DNA of 64,000 nt from Macrostomum lignano (taxonomy: Eukaryota), in assembly GCA_002269645.1 (NCBI GenBank), contig NIVC01001271.1, positions 1 to 64,000 on the forward strand, read 5' to 3'. Shown in pieces: positions 50,301 to 61,811 of the stretch. The notes under the pieces were generated by a model that saw only the letters and a list, made by a program, of their open reading frames with translations, had not been told where the DNA came from and searched no databases. How positions within the stretch are numbered: the stretch's first letter is position 1; each line of letters starts with the position of its first letter. The position numbers and the translations under genes were made by a program.

Positions 50301-53300
50301 TTGAGCTGAGTTAATGTGAAAAGTATTTATGAGTGAAAAGCAAAGTTAAAGCAATCAGCGCGAGGCCGTACAAAAAATTCTGGCGAGATCTTAAAAACGA
50401 AGACAGGCTAGTTAAATATGAGTATTTTAAAAACTTAGACAAGCAATTGTCCTGTATATAGTTAGTTATAGTTAATTCTAAACATGCACTGACCTTATAG
50501 GACACCAACAGCGCTCAAACCAGGCTGTCAACTGAACGAACCGCGCTGTCAGCTCTAGAACTGGCTGGCTTCGACTTTGATAGCGTTCACAGCGATCGCA
50601 GCATTCAGTGGGGTTTCGCCATTCGATAGAACAATTTGGCAGGTTATTGTGAAGCCAAACTTAAGGGAAGGAAAATAACGGAGGGATGAAAATGTAGGCA
50701 TCCTATAATTCTTAAAATAAATTTCTAAAATTAGACCTGCAGTCTACTACATGTACTTAGGGGTGGTGTCGTGTGTCTGCAGACAAGAAAATGATGATGA
50801 CAGAAAGCATCGCCAATGTCAATAAGCAAACAAGCAGGATAATTAATAAGTTGCATATCAGACTGGAGAGTATGTGCGTACATTCTCGCGCGCGGGGCTG
50901 GAGTTTGGCTTGGAGAGTGTGTACATTAAAATACGCGGGGCTGGGGGTTGGTTTGGAGAGTATGTACATTAAAATGCGCGGGGCTGGGGTTTGGCTTGGA
51001 GAGTATGTACATTCACGCGCGCGGGGCTGGGGTTTTGCTTGGAGAGTGTGTACATTCACGCGCGCAGGGCTGGGGTTTGGCTTGGAGAGTGTGTACATTC
51101 ACGCGCGCGGGGCTGGGGTTTGGCTTGGAGAGTGTACATTCACGCGCGGGGAAGGAATTTATTGGATTGAACATATGAGATGAAGTGAGGTGGGGTGGTT
51201 GGTTTGGTTTGGTTTTTACGATGAGTTTTGAAGTTTATAAAAAAGGTTTGGTTGATCAGATTTACAATACGGCTCGTACTACTTTCGTAAACTATTTCGG
51301 CTAAAATTAGTAAATGTTTGAAAAACTGAAAAATTGTTTTTAAACTTTTGTCAGCGCCAGCTTCCTGGCCTATTTTTTATAATTCTTACTCAATAACAAA
51401 GGATTTAACCATCATGTTTTAAAACGAGACTAAACTTGCAGAAATCGAGATGCAACCAAACCCGGAAGTTATGATCAATTTAGTAAAATAAAAGAACGCG
51501 CCTTTTTTTGTGTAAACTGAGGAACTGTGGTCAGCCTAGACTTGTATGAATAAATGAGAGGTTTGGGAAGAGTTGGCACTCCAAGCTGTAGAATTTCTTT
51601 GGTTTATTCGTAAGAAACTCATTCACCAACAGTCGGAACGCATGCAGGGATCAGTCAAGATCGTTGCGTCCTCATGAAAAGTCAGTCAAAATTTTCATTA
51701 TCTAATCAAAATGGAACATCTAGACGGCAATTTTCTCAATAAAGAACGCCAAGTTAATTCGTTAACTCACATTGGCTGCTGGTCTGCCAACAAGACGCAG
51801 CTGTTGTTGGCTTGCTGTTGACCCGAATCTTCAGGCACCGGAGGCGACGGCGGTGGCGGCGGTGGCGGCGGCAACAGCATCGGCGGCGACAGCTCCTCGT
51901 TGTCGACGACATCAACGATTTCATCGTCGTTAAGCGACACCTCCTCGGCAGCGGCGGCAGCGGCTGAAGAGGAGGCCGGCGACGCTGGCAGAAGTCGCTG
52001 CTTTGCTCCCGTGGCCGACATTGTCTCGTCCGTCCGAGCCACCAGGGACAGCATCGAGCGCGAGGCGTCGCAGACTTTAAAAAAATGATTTTATAAGCTA
52101 CAATGAATTAGCATTGCAGGGCAGGAGTGATTGCAGGGGCAGGAGTGATTGCAGGGGCAGGAGTGATTGCAGGGCAGGAGTGATTGCAGGGGCAGGAGTG
52201 ATTGCAGGGCAGGAGTGATTGCTGGGGCAGGAGTGATTGCAGGGCAGGAGTGATTGCAGGGCAGGAGTGATTGCTGGGGCAGGAGTGATTGCAGGGGCAG
52301 GAGTGATTGCAGGGCAGGAGTGATTGCAGGGGCAGGAGTGATTGCAGGGCAGGAGTGATTGCTGGGGCAGGAGTGATTGCAGGGGCAGGAGTGATTGCAG
52401 GGCAGGAGTGATTGCAGGGGCAGGAGTGATTGCAGGGCAGGAGTGATTGCTGGGGCAGGAGTGATTGCAGGGCAGGAGTGATTGCAGGGCAGGAGTGATT
52501 GCTGGGGCAGGAGTGATTGCAAGGCAGGAGTGATTGCAGTGTAGTGAGTTGCAAGTGTACTTGTATGCGCCAGTCGCTAGAGCGGGGTGGGGGTTGCTAT
52601 TGTACAGCATGTACGTGCTTTTCACCCACCCCTGTCTCTATCTTTTATACCCAGTTATGTAACAATCGTTGTATCGTATTTAACCTGCGTATCGATCTAA
52701 TAAACGCCAAGAGGCTTCGTCAACTCTCAGTTGTATCTCTCTGCCTTAGTCTACAACTGGTAGCAGAGCAAATTATTCTAGAATGGCTGAGAAAGGTTTG
52801 ACCGCCAGTGCAGCGCTGCCCAGAGTTTTCAGTACCGGCAACTTTAAGGAATGGCTGCAGCGTTTCAATGTATGCGCAAAAGTCAACAAGTGGGACACGT
52901 GCAAAGCGGAGCGACTGGCCACATTTTTGGATGGCGAGGCTCTCGTCGTTTATTTGGAACTGTCGGCAGGAGATCAGGCAGACTACGACAAAGTAGTCCA
53001 GGCATTGGATGATGCATTCCACCCGAACCGCGAGCACTTCGCCGTCATGGAGGCGTTCAAATCAAGGAAGATTTTGTCGAATGAGACTCCACGCATGTAT
53101 CTTTACGAGTTAAAGAAGATGCTCAAAAGCTCCTCCGTGGACAACAAAGATGCTCAAGAGGCTCTGCTGTTCCATCAGTTCGTCTGTGGCCTTCCCGAAT
53201 CCGTGAGCTGGCAGATTCGCGCGGACTCCAGCGTTAAGACCTCAGAGCAAGCGCTTCAAAAGGCCCAGCTACTGATGCAGCACAGCTCGCCAAGAATCCC

Positions 53301-56300
53301 AGCAGCAGCGGTGCAACCTCAGTCGAGCCAATCCAGCGAAGTTCAGGAGCTGCGGGACACTGTGCAGAGTCTGGAGGCATCGGTGAGCACCCTGAGTTCC
53401 CAGCTGCAGCAGCTGGCAGCCTGTGGAGTGAGGACGAGCAGCACAACGAGACCGCAGCACCGTTCGAAGTCTGACATCATCTGCTACAACTGCCACAAGG
53501 CCGGCCACATTGCCAGAGATTGCTACAGCAGGCGACAGCCGGGAAACGCCAGAGGCTGGGGTGTGCGGGCCCGCAACCCCGGCCAGCAGTAACTGCGGGC
53601 CCAGCAGCAGCGGCTTCAAGGCCGGCGCTCACAGTCGGCGGGATCTTCGACGGATGCAGCGTCGCGCCCGACCGACTATCGCAGTGTGAGTGCAAGCTTG
53701 ATGGCAGAAGTGTGAAGGCGCTGTTAGACACCGGAAGCCAGTGCTCACTAGTTGAGTCCAGCATCCTGACAAAATCCCAGCTCAGACAGGCAACTGCAGC
53801 CAGAGTGCAACTTCATTCAGTGAACAAGCAGCCAATTAGCATAGAACGGCAAATCGAATTGCCACTTACAGTCGGTGGAGTGACAGCCCGGCAATTGTTT
53901 TTCGTTGTGTCAGGTTTGGTCTGCCCTGTCATTGTTGGAGTCGACTTCATCGGCAAGCATAATTTGCAACTGGACTTCACAGGATCTTCACAAGAAGCCG
54001 GCCAAGTCTGCAGCACCAGATTCCAGGCTGACACCGACGATCCAGTTGACATCGAAGACGCACTCGTCCCCGAGTTCAGCTGTGAAGAGTTCGAGTTGCC
54101 GACTACCGACGACCCTGATGTACAACGGCTGCTGGTGGAGTTCAAAGACTTGTTCAAGAAAAAGCCGGGACTAACTCATCTGCAACAGCATCGAATTGTT
54201 CTCTCGGATGAAGTACCTGTCCGAGTGCCACCGCGCCGAATGCCTGTGCATTACCGGGAGAAGGTAGAGCAGCTGATTCAGGAACTGCTGGAGAACGACG
54301 TGATAGAGCTGAGCGAAAGTCCGTACGTGGCCCCACCGGTGTACGTGACAAAGAAGGATGGCAGTCTCCGCCTGACCATAGACTATCGAGAGATCAACAA
54401 GAAGACTATTCGCTCTGCACAGGGAATTCCGTTGATGGAGGAGGCAAGAGATCGAATCGCAGGCAGTTCAGTGTTCTCTGTGTTGGATCTCAATGGAGGC
54501 TATTTTCAAATTCCGATGGCGGAAGAAGACAAGCTAAAAACTGCTTTCTGTCCGGGACCAGGGATGCCGCTGTACCAATTTAAGAGAATGCCCCAAGGTC
54601 TGTCGGGGGCCCAAGCACATTCTGCATGCTAATGTCAAAAGTTTTCAACGGCTGCGATTTCATCTTCACGTTCTTCGATGACAGCCTGTGCTTCTCAAAG
54701 ACCAAGTCGGATCATCTGCGGCAACTTCGAGAGACCTTCGAGCGATTTCGAGCAGCCGGACTGACATTAAGAGGCTCCAAGTGCAAGATCGCGGTACCCG
54801 AAGTGACCTTTCTCGGCACACGGTATTCAAAGGATGGTGCCCAGCCCAGCCAGGAGAAGCTGGAGGCAATTCAGCAGTGGAGAGAGCCGAGGTCAGCCAA
54901 GGAGGTGCGTCAGTTCATCGGCCTGTGCAACCAATACCGACGCCATGTAGCCAACTTCGCTGCCATCGCCGCACCGCTGCACCATCTGACTGGCAAGGGC
55001 GTTCCATTTGACTGGACTTCGGAATGCCAGACGGCCTTCGACGAGCTCAAAAGGTGCCTAATTAGTCCTCCGATCCTGGTGAACCCGGATTTCACTAAGG
55101 AGTTCTCAGTCTTCACGGATGCCAGTGGCAGCGGAGTCGGTGCAATTCTGAAGCAAGGCGAGGCGGTGATCGAGTTCTCAAGCCGCGCATTCAATTCAGC
55201 TGAGAAGAAATACTCTGCAACAGAAAAGGAGTGCCTGGCCATCTTGCACGCATTCAAAGTTTTTCGCCACTATCTTCTCGGCAAGCATTTCACGGTGCAC
55301 ACGGATCACTGCCCGCTCACCTACATCGATTCACAGAGAGTTGACAGCTACGGCAGGCTAGGACGATGGCGTCTGCTGCTTCAAGAGTTCGACTTCACCG
55401 TCAAGTACCGAAGAGGCGTTGAGAACTCAGATGCTGACGCGCTGTCCAGACTGCACGGCCAAGAAGTCGCAGCTACGCAGCTGACTCCGGAAATCGACAC
55501 TGAAGAGCTCAAAACTGCGCAGCGACATGACCCGGAGCTCAGCCAGGTGATTCAGGCGATGGACAAGGACGCAGAAATTGCACCCAGATGGCGAGCAGGA
55601 CCACTGCAGCAACTCGGCAGAATCTGGAAGAAGCTAAAGCTGGATGATGACGGTGTTCTACTGCGCAAGTTCAATGACCCGGACGGCCTGCGGGAGGTTC
55701 CAGTGGTGCCAGCGCGGCTTCGACAACAGTTTTTGACCAACGCTCACGAAGGTCTGGGAGGTCATTTCGGAGCCGAGAAATGCTACCGCACACTGAAACT
55801 GACCGCCTACTGGCCCGGCATGGCTGAAGACATCGTGCAACACTACCAGAGTTGTTCTGTCTGTCAGGAGAAGAAAGCGGGCTCGCGGACCAGCGCGCCA
55901 CTCGGAGAACTGCCAATCGGCTCGCCGTGGGATTCTGTGGCTATCGACATCGTCAAGGTGGCGCCATCATCGCGCGGCAACAAATACCTGCTGGTGGCTC
56001 AGGATCAGTTTTCCAAGTACCTGACGGCCGTGGCGATTCCTGACCAGACTGCTGAGACTACTGCTCGCGCCTTCCTCTCCATCTGCTCCCAGACTGGACT
56101 TCCCCGAGTCATCCACTCCGATCAAGGACCGAATTTCGAGTCTCAGCTTTTTCAAGACACTCTGCGAGGCCTGGGAGTCACGAAGACAAGAACAACGGCT
56201 TACAATCCCAAAGGCAACGGATTAGCGGAGTCGGGCAACAAGTCAGTGCTGCAGTTACTCAGGTGTTTCACCGAGCGAGAGAGCGAGTGGGAGGACAAGC

Positions 56301-59300
56301 TGCCACTGATCCTGCTGTCCTACAATTCCCGGGTGCACTGCTCAACACAGCTGCCGCCACTGAAGGTGTTCACCGGGCGCGATCCGAGCCTGCCGGTCAT
56401 CAGCCAGCAGTCCAGGCGATTCTATGACGTGCGCACCTACGCCGACAAGCTCGAGGGCGACCTGCTGCGAATTCGAGAGTTTGTCGAGGAGCATCTGGTG
56501 CAGGCGGCTGGCGAGCAAAAGAGCGGCTACGACAGGTCGACCGGGCAGCTGCGCATGTTCAGTCCTGGAGACGAGGTCCTGCTGCGCATCGAGCTGAGGG
56601 GCTCCAAGCTGGCGCCTTACTGGGAGCCGGGCTGGCAGGTGCTGTCGCAGCGGGATCTGGTAGTCGAAATCCAAAAGATCGAGAACGGCCGGACCCGCAG
56701 GGTGAATGTGAATCGTCTGCGGCCGCGGATCCTGCCAGTCCCTGACGGAGAGCGCTTCCTGCAGCCGCCCTTTGCGCACGCGGCGCACGGCGGCGATGAG
56801 GCGGACGAGGAGCCGCCCCCGAGACGCTACCCGGTGCGTAGGCGGATGCCGGTGGATCGCTATGTGGCCGGTTGAATTTTTGATTGACTCAGTGACTGTT
56901 CGACTGACTGTTGCGAATTATTTGAAAGCGAGAAATTCTTTATAACAATATTGTTCGAATGTTTTACTGTTCTTATGTTTCCTTCGAATTATTCGTTCGA
57001 ATGTTATTGATCTTTTTCGCCGGGGAGGATTGTAGTGAGTTGCAAGTGTACTTGTATGCGCCAGTCGCTAGAGCGGGGTGGGGGTTGCTATTGTACAGCA
57101 TGTACGTGCTTTTCACCCACCCCTGTCTCTATCTTTTATACCCAGTTATGTAACAATCGTTGTATCGTATTTAACCTGCGTATCGATCTAATAAACGCCA
57201 AGAGGCTTCGTCAACTCTCAGTTGTATCTCTCTGCCTTAGTCTACAGCAGGGGCAGGAGTGATTGCTGGGGCAGGAGTGATTGCTGGGGCAGGAGTGATT
57301 GCTGGGGCAGGAGTGATTGCTGGGGCAGGAGTGATTGCTGGGGCAGGAGTGATTGCAGGGCAGGAGTGATTGCAGGGCAGGAGTGATTGCAGGGGCAGGA
57401 GTGATTGCAGGGGCAGGAGTGATTGCAGGGGCAGGAGTGATTGCAGGGGCAGGAGTGATTGCAGGGGCAGGAGTGATTGCAGGGGCAGGAGTGATTGCAG
57501 GGGCAGGAGTGATTGCAGAGGCAGGAGTGATTGCAGGGGCAGGAGTGATTGCAGGGGCAGGAGTGATTGCAGGGCAGGAGTGATTGCAGGGCAGGAGTGA
57601 ATGCAGGGCAGGAGTGATTGTAAGCAGGAGTGATTGCAGGGTAGGAGTGATTGCAGGGCAGGAGTGATTGCAGGGGCAGGAGTGATTGCAGGGGCAGGAG
57701 TGATTGCAGGGGCAGGAGTGATTGCAGGGGCAGGAGTGATTGCAGGGGCAGGAGTGATTGCAGGGGCAGGAGTGATTGAAAGAGAAGAGACCAGGATGGG
57801 TGAGTAACCATTTCTGAGAGCCAGATAGTTGGAAAGCGGCTTTGCTAGCAAAATAGATTCAGCAAAGGAGGGCGCAGCACTGATTCAACAGAAAGAAAAT
57901 TAAAAAATACAGCTAACTGTCACCTTTGTTTTTAAGAGTCCTGGCGCAGTTGCTAAGCAGAGCTGGCCGGCGCTTCTTAGACCCGAGCGCGTTCATCGAG
58001 TCGGCCCGGCTGACGCCCTCCTCGTCTGCGCTTTTGCCGCTCTGGCGCTGCTGCTGCTTCTGCTTGAGTTTCTGCTGTCGCCGCTGCTTGCGCGATCCCG
58101 TCACCACCTTGGCAACGGCTTTTGACGGCGGCTCTGGTGTGTCGGCAGCGTCCTGTATGATCTCGGCAGATGTCTCAGACTGGTCCATGGTCACCGCCTC
58201 CGGCCCTCCCTCCGCTCCCTGAGCAACGTCCACCAAATCTGCTTCTTCCTCTGCTTCCTCCGCTTTCTCAACTGACTCGCCAGTCTCTTCTCCATCCCCA
58301 GACTCCGGAGCTTCCACAGCCTCTTCTGCAGGTTGCTCCGCATCACTCCCGTTACCCTCTCCGGCAGCACCGGACGCGGAGGCTGAGGCCGTATCAGTGA
58401 CGCTCGAATTCGCCTCATCATTCTGAGTGGAAGCTGGATCCTTCGTAGCCTGAGCAGCGGCTGCCGACTGCTCAACGTCGACTGAACCATCGTCGAATTC
58501 TACCACGTCGCAAACGGCGGACTGCATCTCTTCGTCGTCGTCGTCGTCGCCGCCGCCACCGCTGCCGCCATCTTCGAGCAAATTCGCGCCACCGATGTCA
58601 CCGACGCCGCCGCAACTTGGCGACTGTTCGGCATCGGGTTCGTCCGCGGCGGCGGCCACCGTCGCTGTATTGTCAGGCTCCTCGTTCTTGGCTTCGGCTG
58701 CTGTGGTGTCGCTGGTGTTCAAATTTGCGTCTTCTTCTCCAAGCGGTGGCTTTGAGCTCTCGGCAGTGACCTCCGTTAATGGCGACGACACCGCGGCCTC
58801 CTCCTGAGCTCTGGCGGCCGCTGTTGAAACCGTCGTCGTTGACCGTTTGAAGTGTGGCTGCGACGGCGACTTGGCGCGAACGCTGGCCGACGACGCCCCG
58901 CTGCTGCCGCCGCCCAAGCTGTCAAACTTTCTGATCAAATTTCGCACGCCCGGGAATTCAGCGGCCGCCGGATCCGCGGCTGGACAGTCGCTGCTGACGA
59001 CACCTTTGGGCAGATCCGGCAGTTCTGTAGCCGCTTTGCTAGTCGCCTCAACCAGCTCGCTGGACTGCATCGCAGGCGGTGTTCTGTCCAAGCGAAATTT
59101 CCTGCTCTGGGAATGGGACCTACTTATTAAATTGAGTGCAAACGAGTTTTAGCGAACCGGCTGACAAGAGATTAGCAAACTAAATTGCAGTTTTTGTATT
59201 GCTTCATTCCATGTGTACTCGATTGTCTATGGTTGAAAGTGTGGCCGAAATTTGAGCAGCTTGTGAGATTGATTAACGATTTCCACTCGATCAGCTGCGG

Positions 59301-59891
59301 AATCGAACCAGGGGTTGCCTCACTTCTCCATTCAGTTTTGGCCATAGACAGAAAGCTTGAAACCAATAAAAATGCTGGTTTCCCTTTACTATGCAATAAA
59401 ATTCTTGAACTGGAAGTTGACTTTGGATACATATCAGTTCCGTTGTACTTATTGACACTTCTTCAAGTGCTGAAAAGAGATTGGTTAGTTTTGTATGTGT
59501 GTTGCAAAACGAGCATCCAATGCCTTACAAAGGTGATGCTGTATAGTTACAGTAGAAAGGCCTGGACTAGTCTAAAGCAGGGAAGATTAAGAAGAGAAGA
59601 TTAAAGCAGAGAAGCTCCAGTCAGCCCCTATAGTCCGCCACAAAGTCAGGATCATAATTTAGGAGGAGTATGCAATTTCCTTCTCTCTGTCTCGCTCTCT
59701 TCTTTTGCCAACCCAGCCAGCTGTCTCCTAGGAGAGGCCTTGCCTGATAGCAGCAACAAGGTTTACCTAGACGCATGCCCGTGCGTCTTCAATCTTCGGG
59801 TGGAAACTGCGACCGCTTTCGACGGCCAGCACTCCACCCGCTGACCCTCCTGCCAATTGGGGAGTCGCGATGCGGAATTGAGCAATGCCAA
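47378..59891 (-). CDS. Uncharacterised multi-exon protein with a large acidic low-complexity N-terminal region and a Cys/His/Trp-rich C-terminal globular domain; 5' end unresolved
   Basis: Phase-consistent GT..AG exons: 59891-59767 (tentative), 59101-57924, 52074-51771, 50776-50757 (20 nt), 50659-50494, 48379-48212 (1 nt short), 47681-47551 and 47390-47378 (tentative). The first clear ATG is at 59070. Confidence 0.7.
48771..49235 (+). repeat. Dispersed repeat of about 464 bp, copy 2
   Basis: Nearly identical to 24881-25344. Confidence 0.9.
49799..50002 (+). repeat. Dispersed repeat family B, copy 2
   Basis: Homologous to 33619-33856. It is adjacent to a B-box-like GGCTCGATTCC on the minus strand near 50035. 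Confidence 0.75.
50862..51150. repeat. 43-bp minisatellite, intronic
   Basis: About 7 copies of TGGAGAGTGTGTACATTCACGCGCGCGGGGCTGGGGTTTGGCT. Confidence 0.9.
52114..52539. repeat. 18/17-bp minisatellite, left half (split by the gypsy insertion)
   Basis: Tandem GCAGGAGTGATTGCAGGG(G), ending at the 5' LTR. Confidence 0.95.
52540..52755 (+). repeat. 5' LTR
   Basis: TG..CA termini, an internal AATAAA, and a match to the 3' LTR. Confidence 0.97.
52758..52771 (+). promoter_or_regulatory. Primer binding site complementary to the 3' end of initiator tRNA-Met
   Basis: TGGTAGCAGAGCAA lies 2 nt after the 5' LTR. It matches the reverse complement of invertebrate tRNAi-Met (..UUGCUCUGCUACCA), recalled from established knowledge. 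Confidence 0.85.
52783..53592 (+). CDS. gag: Gag with CCHC zinc knuckle
   Basis: A 269-aa ORF containing CYNCHKAGHIARDC near the C-terminus. Confidence 0.93.
   Translation: MAEKGLTASAALPRVFSTGNFKEWLQRFNVCAKVNKWDTCKAERLATFLDGEALVVYLELSAGDQADYDKVVQALDDAFHPNREHFAVMEAFKSRKILSNETPRMYLYELKKMLKSSSVDNKDAQEALLFHQFVCGLPESVSWQIRADSSVKTSEQALQKAQLLMQHSSPRIPAAAVQPQSSQSSEVQELRDTVQSLEASVSTLSSQLQQLAACGVRTSSTTRPQHRSKSDIICYNCHKAGHIARDCYSRRQPGNARGWGVRARNPGQQ
53541..53602 (+). promoter_or_regulatory. -1 programmed ribosomal frameshift signal (slippery heptamer plus H-type pseudoknot)
   Basis: G GGA AAC is in the correct gag phase and is followed by a 6-nt spacer. Stem 1 is 53554-53562/53576-53584 and stem 2 is 53567-53575/53594-53602. 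pol is in the -1 frame. Confidence 0.85.
53547..56875 (+). CDS. pol: Pol (protease, RT, RNase H, integrase) with an apparent 1-nt deletion near 54610
   Basis: Protease LLDTGS, RT (LRLTIDYREIN, FFDD), RNase H (TDASG, EKECLA, TDH) and integrase (HHCC, D-D-E in IDIV, SDQG, LAES) are all present. Confidence 0.93.
57021..57029 (+). promoter_or_regulatory. Polypurine tract
   Basis: CGGGGAGGA lies just upstream of the 3' LTR. Confidence 0.75.
57031..57246 (+). repeat. 3' LTR
   Basis: Matches 52540-52755. Confidence 0.97.
57247..57779. repeat. 18/17-bp minisatellite, right half
   Basis: The same unit as 52114-52539 resumes in register after the TSD. Confidence 0.95.
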
Positions 59892-60044
59892 CTAGAGAAG
59901 CAGAGAAGAGGCCGCGAGCAGTCCTGCTCTTTTTGTTGGGCATGGAGCGAAGAATAATTCAATATTCTTCCTCTAGGAGAGTGGAGAGAAAAATCGAAGT
60001 GATGGACTGGAGTAGGCCACACAAGGCTAGTTAGATTGTCCGAG

Positions 60045-60470
60045 ATAGAGGGAGTGAGGAAAAGAGGGTGAGATGCAGATAGAGGGAGTGAGGAATAGAG
60101 GGTGAGATGCAGATAGAGGGAGTGAGGAATAGAGGGTGAGATGCAGATAGAGGGAGTGAGGAATAGAGGGTGAGATGCAGATAGAGGGAGTGAAGAAGAG
60201 AGGGGTGAGATGCAGATAGAGGGAGTGAGGAAGAGAGGGTGAGATGCAGATAGAAGGAGTGAGGGAGAGAGGGGTGAGATTCAGATAGAGGGAGTGAGGG
60301 AGAGAGGGGTGAGATGCAGATAGAGGGAGTGAGGAAGAGAGGGTGAGATGCAGATAGAAGGAGTGAGGGAGAGAGGGGTGAGATTCAGATAGAGGGAGTG
60401 AGGGAGAGAGGGGTGAGATGCAGATAGAAGGAGTGAGGGAGAGAGGGGTGAGATGCAGATAGAGGGAGTG
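60045..60470. repeat. 34/36-bp purine-rich minisatellite
   Basis: Tandem GAGATGCAGATAGAGGGAGTGAGGAATAGAGGGT with variants. Confidence 0.92.
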
Positions 60471-61194
60471 GAAGGGAACATGAAAGGGAGAGAAGGTGAG
60501 ACCGAGACACAACAGCGGGAGTGAGGGAGAGGTATATGAAAGGCAGCTTTAGAGATAACGAAGCGGATAGATTAAACAAAAACAATAATGAGAACAGGGC
60601 TCATGTCTGAACACGGTTGCCATTTGATTATGCCAATTTCTTAATTAATTAGTTAATCATTCAACTAGCTTTATTTAACAATCAGTCACTCTATATGCCT
60701 GACAAGCGCACCAAGAGAGATCCCCTTTTCGTTTTTACAGATCCTCACCCGGCCCCACAAGCACGGCGCCGTTTCGTGACGCCAGCTATAATGCAGCCAG
60801 AGTGTAGAGAAAAACGCATTGAAAGCTCAGTGTAGCGCCAGTGCTCATTAGATCCTGCAATTAGCCCGCGACTGCCGCTCTGCCTTGCTCTCACTTCCCT
60901 CAAGATGAGGCAGATGAGAAGCTGCCCAAAGCAGCCCGGAGTAAACTGAGCATTCCAACAAGAAAAAGCTATTTGTATTTCACACAGTGCCGCGTGTGCA
61001 CGAGCAGCCTGTACGAGAGCGTCGCTATTATAGCAATTATGAATTGCCACGAGGCCTGTAATTTGTACGGGCAGCTGTTGAGCAGAAGATTGGGCTATCA
61101 GTGGCAGTCGAGCCAAGGAGAGCTAAAACGAGGATTTGGAATTGGACACGCTTGTCTCAGACCCCCAGAAAGCACATTTTTACACCTTTTCAGC

Positions 61195-61480
61195 ATTCGA
61201 CAGAGCGGGTTGTTCAGCTTTTCTGCATAAAAAAGGGACATCACGACTAAAATGTCGGGAGTTCGATTCCCGACCCCCTCGGGACAATTTGTGTCCTTGA
61301 GCAAGACACTTAACTCTGCATTGCTTCAGTTCACCCTGCTGTAAAATGGGTGCCAGCATTAGCTGGGGTAATTGAGGGTGTGTTGCGACCCCCCAGTCCT
61401 TGGACTGAACAGCCGTACGCAGCCTTCAGATGCGCCGCGCAATAGCTGCGGCTGAGCTGTCGGTTGCACATCTGCCATTG
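61195..61480 (+). mobile_element. tRNA-derived SINE with a CORE (MIR-like) domain, copy 2
   Basis: The B box GAGTTCGATTCCC is followed by TGTGTCCTTGAGCAAGACACTTAACTCT..CTTCAGTT..CTGTAAAATGGG, which resembles the CORE consensus. The 3' tail is shared with 25351-25609. Confidence 0.75.
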
Positions 61481-61811
61481 ATGCAGGCATAAGCAAGCAG
61501 TTATTATTATTCCATCGCAAACAACGGAGATTTATGCTTCAAAACTTGGGTCGAAACCAGCTCTTACTTAAGAACTATTCAGGATCAAAAATAAGAGCAA
61601 GTTCAACCTCAAGCGTGTACGCCTGTCGTGTTGTGTCGCTAACTCCTACAGATTCTCGTTCAAGTCCTCCTTGCTCGACGAGCCCAACCAATGGGAGCGA
61701 GGAGGGTTAGTTTCAAATCCAAGACCCGCGGCATAAAAGGCAATCCCGAGCCATCGCAAGCGCAGTGCAGCACGACGGACCAGCACTAGCAGCAGCAACA
61801 GCAGGCAGCCA

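Larger units (their letters stand above)
52540..57246 (+). mobile_element. Full-length Ty3/gypsy LTR retrotransposon (4707 bp), very recent insertion
   Basis: The 216-bp LTRs at 52540-52755 and 57031-57246 have TGTAG..CTACA ends and appear identical. The TSD is GCAG (52536-52539, 57247-57250). PBS, PPT, gag and PR-RT-RH-IN are in gypsy order. Confidence 0.98.
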
